Positions 7,660-17,726 of a stretch of 17,726 nucleotides of DNA are shown piece after piece; position 1 is the first letter of the stretch; each line of letters begins with the position of its first letter. The stretch spans positions 1 to 17,726 of the forward strand of contig JBFFSH010000053.1 in assembly GCA_041572575.1 (NCBI GenBank), written 5' to 3'. The stretch comes from Thermodesulfobacteriota bacterium. GTDB lineage: Bacteria; Desulfobacterota_D; UBA1144; Nemesobacterales; N074bin48. The translations under genes were made by a program, and so were the position numbers. The notes beneath the pieces were generated by a model that ran no database searches, was not told the DNA's origin, and was given only the letters and a program-made list of their open reading frames with translations.

Positions 7660-9383
7660 TATGAATCCTCCGAAAATAAGCTTTTAAGCTCGTCTGGCAT
7701 TTCTGGAAGAGGAGAAAGTCCAAGATTCATTTTATCTCCATCCTTAGAAATAACAGAATTCACTTTGTTCCATTTTGTATTATCGCTTTCAGGGAAATCT
7801 ACTCTGCTATGAGCACCCCTGCTCTCTTCTCTTTGTAGTGCACATTTTGCTGCAGCCTCTGCAACAATAAAAAGCGAATTTAAATCCACACTCAGGTTCC
7901 ACCCGGGATTAAACATCCTCGATCCTTCTACACTAAGAACCTGTGAGTCATTAATTAATGCTTCTAACTCTTTTAAACCCTGTTCCAATTTATCTTTAAT
8001 CCTGAATACACCAAAGTAGTTCTGCATTATTTCCTGTAGATTTTGATGAACTGTGTATGGGTTTTTGCCATTAGTATTGCTAAATGGAGCTAGTATGTGT
8101 TTTTCATGCTGTGTAATTTGACCATAATTCATATTTAAAGTATTTGCATCTATTTCATTTGCATACTCTGCAGCACCAAGCCCGGCTCTTCTTCCAAACA
8201 CCAATAAGTCAGATAGAGAATTGCCACCTAGTCTGTTAGCTCCATGCATTCCTGCCGCTACCTCACCCGCAGCAAATAGCCCAGGCACGGTGCTTTGTCC
8301 AGTTTCAGGATCAACCCTTACTCCGCCCATAACATAGTGCGTTGTAGGGCCTACTTCCATAGGATCTTTTGTTATATCAATATCTGCAAATTCCATAAAC
8401 TGATGATACATGCTCGGAAGTTTCTTTATTACATATTCAGCGCCACGATGAGATATATCTAAGTATGCCCCACCATGCGGAGTACCTCTGCCTTCCTGAG
8501 CTTCAGTATAAATTGATCTTGCTACAACGTCTCTTGTGGATAGCTCCATTCTCTCAGGGTCATATTTTTCCATAAATCTTTCACCCTTAGAGTTTGTAAG
8601 TATTCCGCCTTCTCCTCTAACAGCTTCAGTAACAAGTATTCCTTTTACGCTTGGAGGCCATACCATTCCAGTGGGATGGAACTGAATAAATTCCATATCA
8701 ATTAGTTCTGCGCCTGCGTTATAAGCAAGTGCCTGCCCATCACCTGTATACTCCCATGAGTTGGACGTAACCTGATATATTTTACCAATACCGCCAGTTG
8801 CAAGTATTACAGCTTTAGATTTAAATAGTACAAATTTTCCAGTCTCTCTCCAGTAACCAAATGCACCCACTACCTTGTCGCCATCTTTAACAAGATCGGT
8901 AATCGTGCATTCCATATAAACGTCAATACCCGAGTGAATACCTTTATCCTGCAGCGTTCTTATTAATTCCAGCCCTGTTCTGTCGCCTACATGACATAGT
9001 CTTTTCCAGGTATGTCCGCCAAAAGCGCGCTGATTAATTTTACCTTCTTTGGTTCTATCAAAAAGTGCTCCCCATTGTTCTAATTCATGAATTCTGTCAG
9101 GCGCTTCAGTAGCATGAATTTGAGCCATGCGCCAGTTGTTTAGCATCTTTCCGCCTTTCATGGTGTCTTTGAAATGCGTCTGCCAGTTATCCTCAGGGGC
9201 TACATTTGCCATTGCAGCAGCAACACCGCCTTCTGCCATTACAGTATGAGCTTTTCCCAAAAGGGATTTACATACAAGCCCAACAGATGCTCCCTGTGCA
9301 GAGGCTTCAATTGCGGCTCTAAGGCCTGCTCCGCCTGCTCCAATTACAATTACGTCATGTTCATGTGTTTCGTATTTATCCAT
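7659..9383 (-). CDS. sdhA: Succinate dehydrogenase/fumarate reductase flavoprotein subunit (Sdh1-like)
   Basis: GAGGAG FAD-binding fold, KAHTVMAEGG (covalent-FAD His), QFHPTG, TEAVRGEGG, RDVVAR, HYVMGG and GANRLGGNSL. Confidence 0.96.
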   Translation of the reverse strand: MDKYETHEHDVIVIGAGGAGLRAAIEASAQGASVGLVCKSLLGKAHTVMAEGGVAAAMANVAPEDNWQTHFKDTMKGGKMLNNWRMAQIHATEAPDRIHELEQWGALFDRTKEGKINQRAFGGHTWKRLCHVGDRTGLELIRTLQDKGIHSGIDVYMECTITDLVKDGDKVVGAFGYWRETGKFVLFKSKAVILATGGIGKIYQVTSNSWEYTGDGQALAYNAGAELIDMEFIQFHPTGMVWPPSVKGILVTEAVRGEGGILTNSKGERFMEKYDPERMELSTRDVVARSIYTEAQEGRGTPHGGAYLDISHRGAEYVIKKLPSMYHQFMEFADIDITKDPMEVGPTTHYVMGGVRVDPETGQSTVPGLFAAGEVAAGMHGANRLGGNSLSDLLVFGRRAGLGAAEYANEIDANTLNMNYGQITQHEKHILAPFSNTNGKNPYTVHQNLQEIMQNYFGVFRIKDKLEQGLKELEALINDSQVLSVEGSRMFNPGWNLSVDLNSLFIVAEAAAKCALQREESRGAHSRVDFPESDNTKWNKVNSVISKDGDKMNLGLSPLPEMPDELKSLFSEDS

Positions 9384-9385
9384 TT

Positions 9386-10114
9386 TTAAATAAACCTCAC
9401 ATCGTTTATAACACCTGTTGCTACAAGCCTTACATATAAATCAGTAAGACATACGCCAAAAAGACTGAGCCAGGCCCAGAGCATATGGTTTTCATTTAGT
9501 GAACTTGCTCCCTTCCAAAGAGAAAATCTTGTAGGGCAGGCAGAAAATATATTGAGCTTACCGCCTATTAAGTGTCTAAATGAGTGACAGGAAAGAGAAT
9601 ACATACTCAAAAGAAATGCATTAATTACTAATACAACCGATCCTATTCCAACTCCATAGCCATCTTCAAATTTAAATCCTTTATAGGCATCATACCAAAG
9701 GAAAATTAATACTATCGTAGCTGCATAAAAAAAGAATCTGTGCAGGTTTTGTAATATTAACGGGAATTTGCTCTCGCCGTTATAACTCTCTTTGCTTCTG
9801 CCTTCAACTGCACACCCCGGGGGCATCCCCGCAAATGATCTGTAATATGCTTTTCTGTAATAATAACATGTAAACCTGAATAGGCCCGGTGCCCATAGTA
9901 TGAGGATAGCAGGCGAAAGAGGCCACCACTCGGGATTTATAAGTGGAGAATAAAATGGTGAAAGATAGGGTTCAGCCAGATAATACTGATTTTCGAGCGC
10001 CCTCCATGTTGCATATAGTACAAAAGAACCAAGTACTGCAGCTGTAATCATAGGAGCTGTCTTCCAATTATCGGTTCTTAAAGTCGTATAATTCTGTGAT
10101 GCAGAACTACCCAT
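9386..10114 (-). CDS. sdhC: Succinate dehydrogenase membrane anchor, mycobacterial Sdh1 (Rv0249c)-like
   Basis: Polytopic membrane protein with YLSPFYSP, FRFTCYYYRKAYYRSF, PPGCAV, QNLHRFFFY, SCHSFRH and HMLWAW motifs; ends 2 bp before sdhA. Start moved from the track's TTG 10126 to ATG 10114, because the skipped segment is a GGAGG RBS. Confidence 0.88.
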   Translation of the reverse strand: MGSSASQNYTTLRTDNWKTAPMITAAVLGSFVLYATWRALENQYYLAEPYLSPFYSPLINPEWWPLSPAILILWAPGLFRFTCYYYRKAYYRSFAGMPPGCAVEGRSKESYNGESKFPLILQNLHRFFFYAATIVLIFLWYDAYKGFKFEDGYGVGIGSVVLVINAFLLSMYSLSCHSFRHLIGGKLNIFSACPTRFSLWKGASSLNENHMLWAWLSLFGVCLTDLYVRLVATGVINDVRFI

Positions 10115-10205
10115 TTTTTCCTCCAAACTGTAAAATTTACAAAACCCACTTATTTTTAAATATTCAGGCTGTTAATAAAAAATTAAATTGTCGCCGAATT
10201 AGGTT

Positions 10206-12417
<2,212 letters not shown>

Positions 12418-12497
12418 CAATAATACTCCTTTCGCATCATTCTCTTATTTGCTCATTTTTTGGACAGTGAATATATATAAAAATTTATAAATTGCAA

Positions 12498-15185
12498 TTA
12501 ATTTGCGCTTATCATTTGTCTTAACACTGTTTGTAAAATACCGCCGTTCTTGATGTAATCTATCTCAACAGGACTATCAAGCCTGCAAATTACATTAAAT
12601 TGTTTTTTATTTCCTTCTTTGTCTGTAGCTGTCACACTGAGCTTTTTTCTTGGTGAGAGGTCTGAAATCCCCTCGATATCGAATAATTCAAAACCAGTGA
12701 TACCCAGACTTTGAGCATTTTCTCCTTGTTTAAATTGAAGTGGAAGCACCCCCATGCCAACAAGGTTACTTCTGTGAATTCTCTCAAAACTTTCCGTTAT
12801 AACTGCTTTTACTCCTAAAAGCATGGTACCCTTTGCAGCCCAGTCCCTTGAACTTCCGGTCCCATACTCCTTGCCGCCTATTACAATTAGAGGAGTGCCT
12901 TCGGCTCTATATTTTTCTGATGCTTCGAACATCGTAGTGTCTTCATCACCCGGGATATACTTCGTAACACCACCCTCTGTTCCTGGAAGAAGCCTGTTTT
13001 TAATTCTGATGTTAGCAAAAGTTCCTCTCATCATAACATCATGGTTACCGCGCCTGGATCCAAAACTGTTGAAGTCATAAGGATCAACCCCTTTACTTAT
13101 AAGAAATTTACCGGCAGGGCCGTCTTTGGGTATAGATCCGGCAGGAGAAATGTGATCGGTTGTTATTGAATCTCCAAGTAGTGCATATACATAAGCTCCT
13201 TTTATATCAGTTGGATCTGTAGTATCGGGTCCGAAATCTTCAAAAAACGGTGGTTCCTGTACATATGTTGAATCTTCATTCCATTCATACAATTTGCCCT
13301 CAGGGCTTGCCATACTCTTCCATTTATCATCGCCCTCAAATACCTTTGCATATTCCTTGTTGAATATTTCAGGTGTTACGGATTTTTCAATTAGTTCTCT
13401 AACTTCCTGCTGTGTTGGCCAGATGTCTTTTAAGTAAACCTCTTCGCCAGAATCATTTGTGCCGATTGGATCTTTTGAAAGATCAATATCCACAGTACCT
13501 GCAAGTGCATATGCTACTACAAGTGGAGGGGAAGCGAGATATGATAGTTTTACAAAAGGATGAACCCTGCCCTCAAAGTTTCTATTTCCACTGAGAACAG
13601 ATGCACAGTTAAAATCGTTTTCTTTAATAGCAGTTTCTATTGCCTCTGGAAGTGGCCCACTGTTTCCTATACATGTAGTACAGCCATATCCAACCAGATT
13701 AAATCCCAATTTATCCAAATATGTATTTAAACCCGCATCCTCTAAGTAGTCAGTTACTACCTTAGAACCAGGGGCAAGGCTTGTTTTAACCGTAGGACTT
13801 ACAGAAAGACCCTTTTCTACTGCTTTTTTGGCAACAAGGCCGGCACCTATCATTACTGAAGGATTTGATGTATTTGTACAGCTAGTTATGGCAGAAATAA
13901 CTACTGAGCCATTTGAGAGCTCTCCGCCCGTTCCGTTTAACTGTACATCAACAGTTTTGTCCAAACCACCATTATCTCCGAGTCTGGTTTTCATTGTGTC
14001 ATGATATGCAGACTTCATGTCGTTTAATGAAATTCTGTCCTGTGGTCTGCTTGGGCCTGCAAGTGACGATACAACAGTTGACAGATCAAGCTCCAGTGAA
14101 TCTGTATAAACAGGATCAGGCATGTCATCTGTTCTAAAAAGGCTCTGAGCTTTAGTATATTTTTCTACTGTATCAATAAGTTCTTCACTTCTGCCTGTTG
14201 TTCTTAAATACCTGAGTGTTTCATCATCAACCGGGAAAAATCCCATTGTGGCGCCATATTCAGGAGCCATATTTGAAATAGTAGCCCTATCTGCAAGAGT
14301 CATATTTGTAAGCCCAGGACCGAAATATTCCACGAACTTTCCAACTACACCCTTTTTCCTAAGCATTTCTGTAATTGTAAGTACCATATCAGTAGCCGTT
14401 ACACCCTCATTTAGCTGTCCATATAGTTTAAAGCCTATAACATCTGGCATAAGCATATATAGAGGCTGCCCCAGCATACAGGCCTCAGCTTCAATTCCGC
14501 CTACTCCCCAGCCCATTACGGCTAAGCCATTAATCATAGTTGTGTGTGAGTCTGTTCCAACGAGTGTATCAGGAAAAACGACCGTATCTCCGTCTATATC
14601 CTTTGAGGCTACTACACTTGCAAGGTATTCGAGGTTTACCTGATGTACGATTCCTGTTCCCGGTGGTACAACTCTGAAATTTTCAAATGCCTGTTGAGCC
14701 CATCTTAAAAATGCATATCTTTCGCCATTTCTTTCGTATTCTCTTTCTACGTTCTGCTGGAATGCTTCAGGGGTTGCATAGTGATCAACCTGCACGGAGT
14801 GATCGATAACAAGATCAACAGGAACAATAGGGTTAATCTTTGCTGGATCAAGCCCAAGTTTATTCACAACCCCACGCATAGCCGCAAGGTCTACAACGCA
14901 CGGTACACCGGTAAAATCCTGAAGGATTACTCTTGATGGTTTATAAGGTACTTCAACCGGGTCTGAGCTTTTACCCCAGTCTGCTATTGCCTCAATATCA
15001 TTTGTATTTACTATACGACCATCATAATTTCTAAGAACATTTTCTAATAGAATTTTTATCGAAAAAGGAAGTCTGGATATATCCTTTCCGGATATTTCCT
15101 GTAGTTTAGTAATGGAATAATAAACCTTCTTCCCATCTTTTGTTTCCAACTCAAGCTTTGCATCTTTGGGATTAAAATTAGACAT
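12498..15185 (-). CDS. acnA: Aconitate hydratase A
   Basis: 895 aa. [37 protein letters not shown] and [10 protein letters not shown] (4Fe-4S ligands), [21 protein letters not shown]. Confidence 0.98.
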   Translation of the reverse strand: MSNFNPKDAKLELETKDGKKVYYSITKLQEISGKDISRLPFSIKILLENVLRNYDGRIVNTNDIEAIADWGKSSDPVEVPYKPSRVILQDFTGVPCVVDLAAMRGVVNKLGLDPAKINPIVPVDLVIDHSVQVDHYATPEAFQQNVEREYERNGERYAFLRWAQQAFENFRVVPPGTGIVHQVNLEYLASVVASKDIDGDTVVFPDTLVGTDSHTTMINGLAVMGWGVGGIEAEACMLGQPLYMLMPDVIGFKLYGQLNEGVTATDMVLTITEMLRKKGVVGKFVEYFGPGLTNMTLADRATISNMAPEYGATMGFFPVDDETLRYLRTTGRSEELIDTVEKYTKAQSLFRTDDMPDPVYTDSLELDLSTVVSSLAGPSRPQDRISLNDMKSAYHDTMKTRLGDNGGLDKTVDVQLNGTGGELSNGSVVISAITSCTNTSNPSVMIGAGLVAKKAVEKGLSVSPTVKTSLAPGSKVVTDYLEDAGLNTYLDKLGFNLVGYGCTTCIGNSGPLPEAIETAIKENDFNCASVLSGNRNFEGRVHPFVKLSYLASPPLVVAYALAGTVDIDLSKDPIGTNDSGEEVYLKDIWPTQQEVRELIEKSVTPEIFNKEYAKVFEGDDKWKSMASPEGKLYEWNEDSTYVQEPPFFEDFGPDTTDPTDIKGAYVYALLGDSITTDHISPAGSIPKDGPAGKFLISKGVDPYDFNSFGSRRGNHDVMMRGTFANIRIKNRLLPGTEGGVTKYIPGDEDTTMFEASEKYRAEGTPLIVIGGKEYGTGSSRDWAAKGTMLLGVKAVITESFERIHRSNLVGMGVLPLQFKQGENAQSLGITGFELFDIEGISDLSPRKKLSVTATDKEGNKKQFNVICRLDSPVEIDYIKNGGILQTVLRQMISAN

Positions 15186-15219
15186 AATACCACCTTCTTT
15201 TATTATTTTCGGGCTTGAT

Positions 15220-15228
15220 ATATTACCA
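15220..15228 (-). promoter_or_regulatory. Possible extended -10 promoter element for acnA
   Basis: Minus strand TGgTAATAT about 35 nt upstream of the acnA ATG; no good -35. Confidence 0.3.
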
Positions 15229-15262
15229 AATAATACGGGAATTTAAATAGATAAATTCTAAG

Positions 15263-15281
15263 AATAGAAAATTATTCTATT
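15263..15281. promoter_or_regulatory. 19-bp palindrome upstream of acnA, possible transcription-factor site
   Basis: AATAGAA-AATTA-TTCTATT. A related palindrome lies upstream of fusA2 (3318-3339). Confidence 0.35.
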
Positions 15282-15320
15282 ATTAAAAGATATAGAAATA
15301 TATGTTGTTAATATTTATTA

Positions 15321-16397
15321 TTAAATATTATTTCTTCTTCTGACTAATGAAGTTAATGCTACCATCATTGGAATTAGAAGTATTATTAGATTAATTAAAT
15401 TATTAGATGTAATTTTATTACCAGAACCAGCAAGAGAACATCCATCAGAAGACTCAACACTCTCTTCAAGAATTTCAATAAAACCTGGTCCGCCGGGATC
15501 GATGATTTCACCATTTACTGTTATATCGTCATCACCACGTTTACCGTCAACAAATCTGAGTACAATTCTGTCCTCTAAAAATTGTGCACCTGTCTCACCG
15601 TCAAAATGAAAATTGTACCAGTGAGGTGATGGGTTATCCGGAGTTGGACCATATTTATAAAAAGTATTCACTTCAACTCCATCTGGTAGATATAAAATAA
15701 TGAAGCTTTCCTGACCATGTGCCAACAGTTCAATCTCAAATTCAAAAAAATCAAGTGGAAAACTTACACCTGCCGGATCATTTGAAGGAGAAGGATTATT
15801 TACACTTTTAGCATTAAATAATTTATGTTGTGGATCAGTTTCCAATGTAACGTATGGATCTGGTCCTAATATGTTTGCTGGTATTGATATTACATGTGCC
15901 TGCCAGCTGTCAGGTATGCCATCATTGTTGCCATCTCCACCTGGGGCGCCATCTTCAATCACATCATCCACAAGGTCATTATCATCATCTTCATCATCAC
16001 AATCAACCATTCCGTCACAGTCATCATCAATACCATTAAAACACCACTCTTCAATTCCTGGATTAATTCCAACTACCTCATCATTACAGTCGCCGTTACA
16101 TGTAGTAAATCCATCTGAATCCTCATCAAATCCTTCATCAGTAAAGAAATTACAGTTATCATCCACTCCATTACATATTTCAATAGCATCAGGGTTTATA
16201 GTGTCATCTGAATCATTACAATCAGATCCTCCACATGCAGAATCTGAAAAACCATCTAAATCAGCATCAGGACATATAATTTCTATACCCATTATTTTTA
16301 AATTTGTATGATAAACATCCAATGTAGTTAGAGCTCTGGCAGAGCTTGAGATAATAAAGACTAATGAGAGAACTGTTATATACTGTAATATCTTCAT
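15321..16397 (-). CDS. Secreted, C-terminally anchored surface protein: two Asp/Cys-rich putative metal-binding (MopE-like) repeats plus a choice-of-anchor-U-like domain
   Basis: Signal peptide MKILQYITVLSLVFIISSSARA (ATG 16397 preferred over GTG 16415). Repeats DxDxDGF..DCNDxxxxINPxxxExCxNGxDDxC. Domain with GDGNNDGIPDS, FYKYGPTPDN..HWYNF and DGKRGDDD..NGEIIDPGGPG. Tail SSDGCSLA + hydrophobic helix + RRR. Domain names come from recall, not an HMM search. Confidence 0.8.
   Translation of the reverse strand: MKILQYITVLSLVFIISSSARALTTLDVYHTNLKIMGIEIICPDADLDGFSDSACGGSDCNDSDDTINPDAIEICNGVDDNCNFFTDEGFDEDSDGFTTCNGDCNDEVVGINPGIEEWCFNGIDDDCDGMVDCDDEDDDNDLVDDVIEDGAPGGDGNNDGIPDSWQAHVISIPANILGPDPYVTLETDPQHKLFNAKSVNNPSPSNDPAGVSFPLDFFEFEIELLAHGQESFIILYLPDGVEVNTFYKYGPTPDNPSPHWYNFHFDGETGAQFLEDRIVLRFVDGKRGDDDITVNGEIIDPGGPGFIEILEESVESSDGCSLAGSGNKITSNNLINLIILLIPMMVALTSLVRRRNNI
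16002..16268 (-). repeat. Two tandem ~45-aa Asp/Cys-rich protein repeats
   Basis: DADLDGFSDSACGGSDCNDSDDTINPDAIEIC-NGVDDNCNFFTD versus DEDSDGFTTCNG---DCNDEVVGINPGIEEWCFNGIDDDCDGMVD. Confidence 0.85.
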
Positions 16398-16434
16398 AAT
16401 TAGATAACACCCCACTTTAAGTAAAATCTTGTCT

Positions 16435-16463
16435 ATTATATTTCATGAGGGTCAATAAGTAAA
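16435..16463 (-). promoter_or_regulatory. Putative sigma70 promoter of the surface-protein gene
   Basis: TTTACT (16463-16458) - N17 - TATAAT (16440-16435); same hexamer pair as upstream of fusA2. Confidence 0.55.
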
Positions 16464-16522
16464 TACTTAGATTTAGGGATTATTGTGAGATTATTGGAAT
16501 ATATACAATGTATGTACTTATA

Positions 16523-17590
16523 TTATTTTTTTACAACGTACCAGTTATTCTGTATATCATGATCTAATTTATTAGTTTCAATAGAACCAAATCCTGCCTG
16601 TTGTAAATAATCCCTTGTTTTTTCCTCTCCCCACATTGCGCCTAGGCCTTCTCCACCCTGCTGCAGAGAAACTGTCATACAGTGCATGCATGATATTGTA
16701 TATAGCAGTGTACCTATCGGATGTTCAATATCTTTATCTACATGACTGGTACCGCTTATATCCTGCATCAGGTATACACCATCTTGTTTGAGAGTTCTAT
16801 AAATACCCTTTAGAACATTTAACGGTTTGGCCTGATCGTGAATTGCGTCAAAGCTTGTTATGAAGTCATATGATTCAGATTGTGCAGTCTGATCAAAATT
16901 AGTTAAATCTTTTATTACAAATTCAATATTATTTAAACCCTTTTGCTTCACATTTTGCCTTGCAAATTCTACTGCTTCAGTTGAAAGGTCTTTACCTGTA
17001 AATTTGCTACCGGGATAAAGCTCGGCAAGTCTAGTCAATATAAGACCTCTTCCACATGCTATATCCAGCACACTAATTCCATTTTCCAGTTTTTCTGATA
17101 AATTTGGGACTAATGGAATTATATGTGACTCTAATGTAGATAGCACAGACTGACCACTGTCTTCTGCCATAATCTCATGAAATCTGGGAAATTTGGAATA
17201 AGGCACTCCACCACCCTTTTGAAAACACTCGACTATTTCATTTTCAACACTTCCCAGCTCTGAAATATACTGGCTGAATACTGCAATATTATCTGCTCCA
17301 GCTGCACGGGTTAGAAAAGCCGAATGTTCAGGTGGCAAATTGTACTTCTCAGTTTCTGGGTCGTAGTCTATGACCTTCGATGTAACCATTGCACCAAGCC
17401 ATTCTCTTACATAACGTTCATTTAATCCTGTCTTTTCTGCAATTTCTTCTGATGTACTTCGAGCAATCTTGCTCATTGTATCAAACAATCCAGTACGGTG
17501 TCCTATGGACAACATCAGACAAAGTGCCCCGTTGTTAAGTGTATTAACTAAATTATCGGCAAAAGTTTCTGCTTTTTTTTCATCCATCAT
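16523..17590 (-). CDS. Class I SAM-dependent methyltransferase with N-terminal winged-HTH/dimerisation domain (Rv2258c-like)
   Basis: SIGHRTGLF and IAEKTGLNERYVREWL (N-domain), VLDIACGRG (motif I), FDAIHD, ISCMHCMTVSL..GGEGLGAMWG. Start uncertain: ATG 17590/17587 fits the usual family length, but the frame is open to ATG 17674. Confidence 0.88.
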   Translation of the reverse strand: MMDEKKAETFADNLVNTLNNGALCLMLSIGHRTGLFDTMSKIARSTSEEIAEKTGLNERYVREWLGAMVTSKVIDYDPETEKYNLPPEHSAFLTRAAGADNIAVFSQYISELGSVENEIVECFQKGGGVPYSKFPRFHEIMAEDSGQSVLSTLESHIIPLVPNLSEKLENGISVLDIACGRGLILTRLAELYPGSKFTGKDLSTEAVEFARQNVKQKGLNNIEFVIKDLTNFDQTAQSESYDFITSFDAIHDQAKPLNVLKGIYRTLKQDGVYLMQDISGTSHVDKDIEHPIGTLLYTISCMHCMTVSLQQGGEGLGAMWGEEKTRDYLQQAGFGSIETNKLDHDIQNNWYVVKK

Positions 17591-17726
17591 TGTCAAGCCC
17601 CAGAATTCAGGTCCACCTTTAGAGTTAGAATTTGCTGATATTTTGTCATTGAGTTGAAGTACATGTTTGCTCATAGTTTTTGGATTTATTATCTGATATA
17701 ACAGCTCGTGGAGCAGGGGGTTTGTA

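Noticed and set aside
10115..10126. TTG start giving an MEEK N-terminal extension on the Sdh anchor
   Set aside because: The segment is the GGAGG ribosome-binding site, properly spaced for ATG 10114.
15854..16311. His-rich and Ser-rich plus-strand ORFs (e.g. HHHLHHH) and (TCA)n-like runs
   Set aside because: These are the reverse complement of GAT (Asp) codon runs in the surface protein, not a metal-binding peptide or microsatellite.
17469..17657. 62-aa plus-strand ORF
   Set aside because: Antisense to the methyltransferase N-terminus, with no independent support.

Overview
AT-rich bacterial window in which every credible gene lies on the minus strand. In transcription order (right to left): HTH-containing SAM methyltransferase; secreted, C-terminally anchored Asp/Cys-repeat surface protein; a TCA-cycle cluster (acnA-icd-mdh-sdhCAB-sucC, no sucD); dnaK-rpmE; a divergent second elongation factor G (EF-G2); a gamma-carbonic-anhydrase-like protein; and a Ppx/GppA phosphatase gene that is missing from the ORF track. 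That gene is cut at position 140/141 by an IS3-family element running off the left edge. Most notable: (i) a three-subunit succinate dehydrogenase of the mycobacterial Sdh1 type (heme-free anchor with Cys/His Rieske-like ligands) in an apparently diderm, non-actinobacterial genome; (ii) the hidden IS-interrupted ppx, with a hairpin covering the transposase start region; (iii) an EF-G2 lacking the catalytic His; (iv) a palindromic motif shared by the acnA and fusA2 upstream regions. Gene style tentatively suggests a Desulfobacterota/Dadabacteria-like organism (inference). I found no convincing evidence of a wholly new system; the window is mainly housekeeping with some unusual variants.
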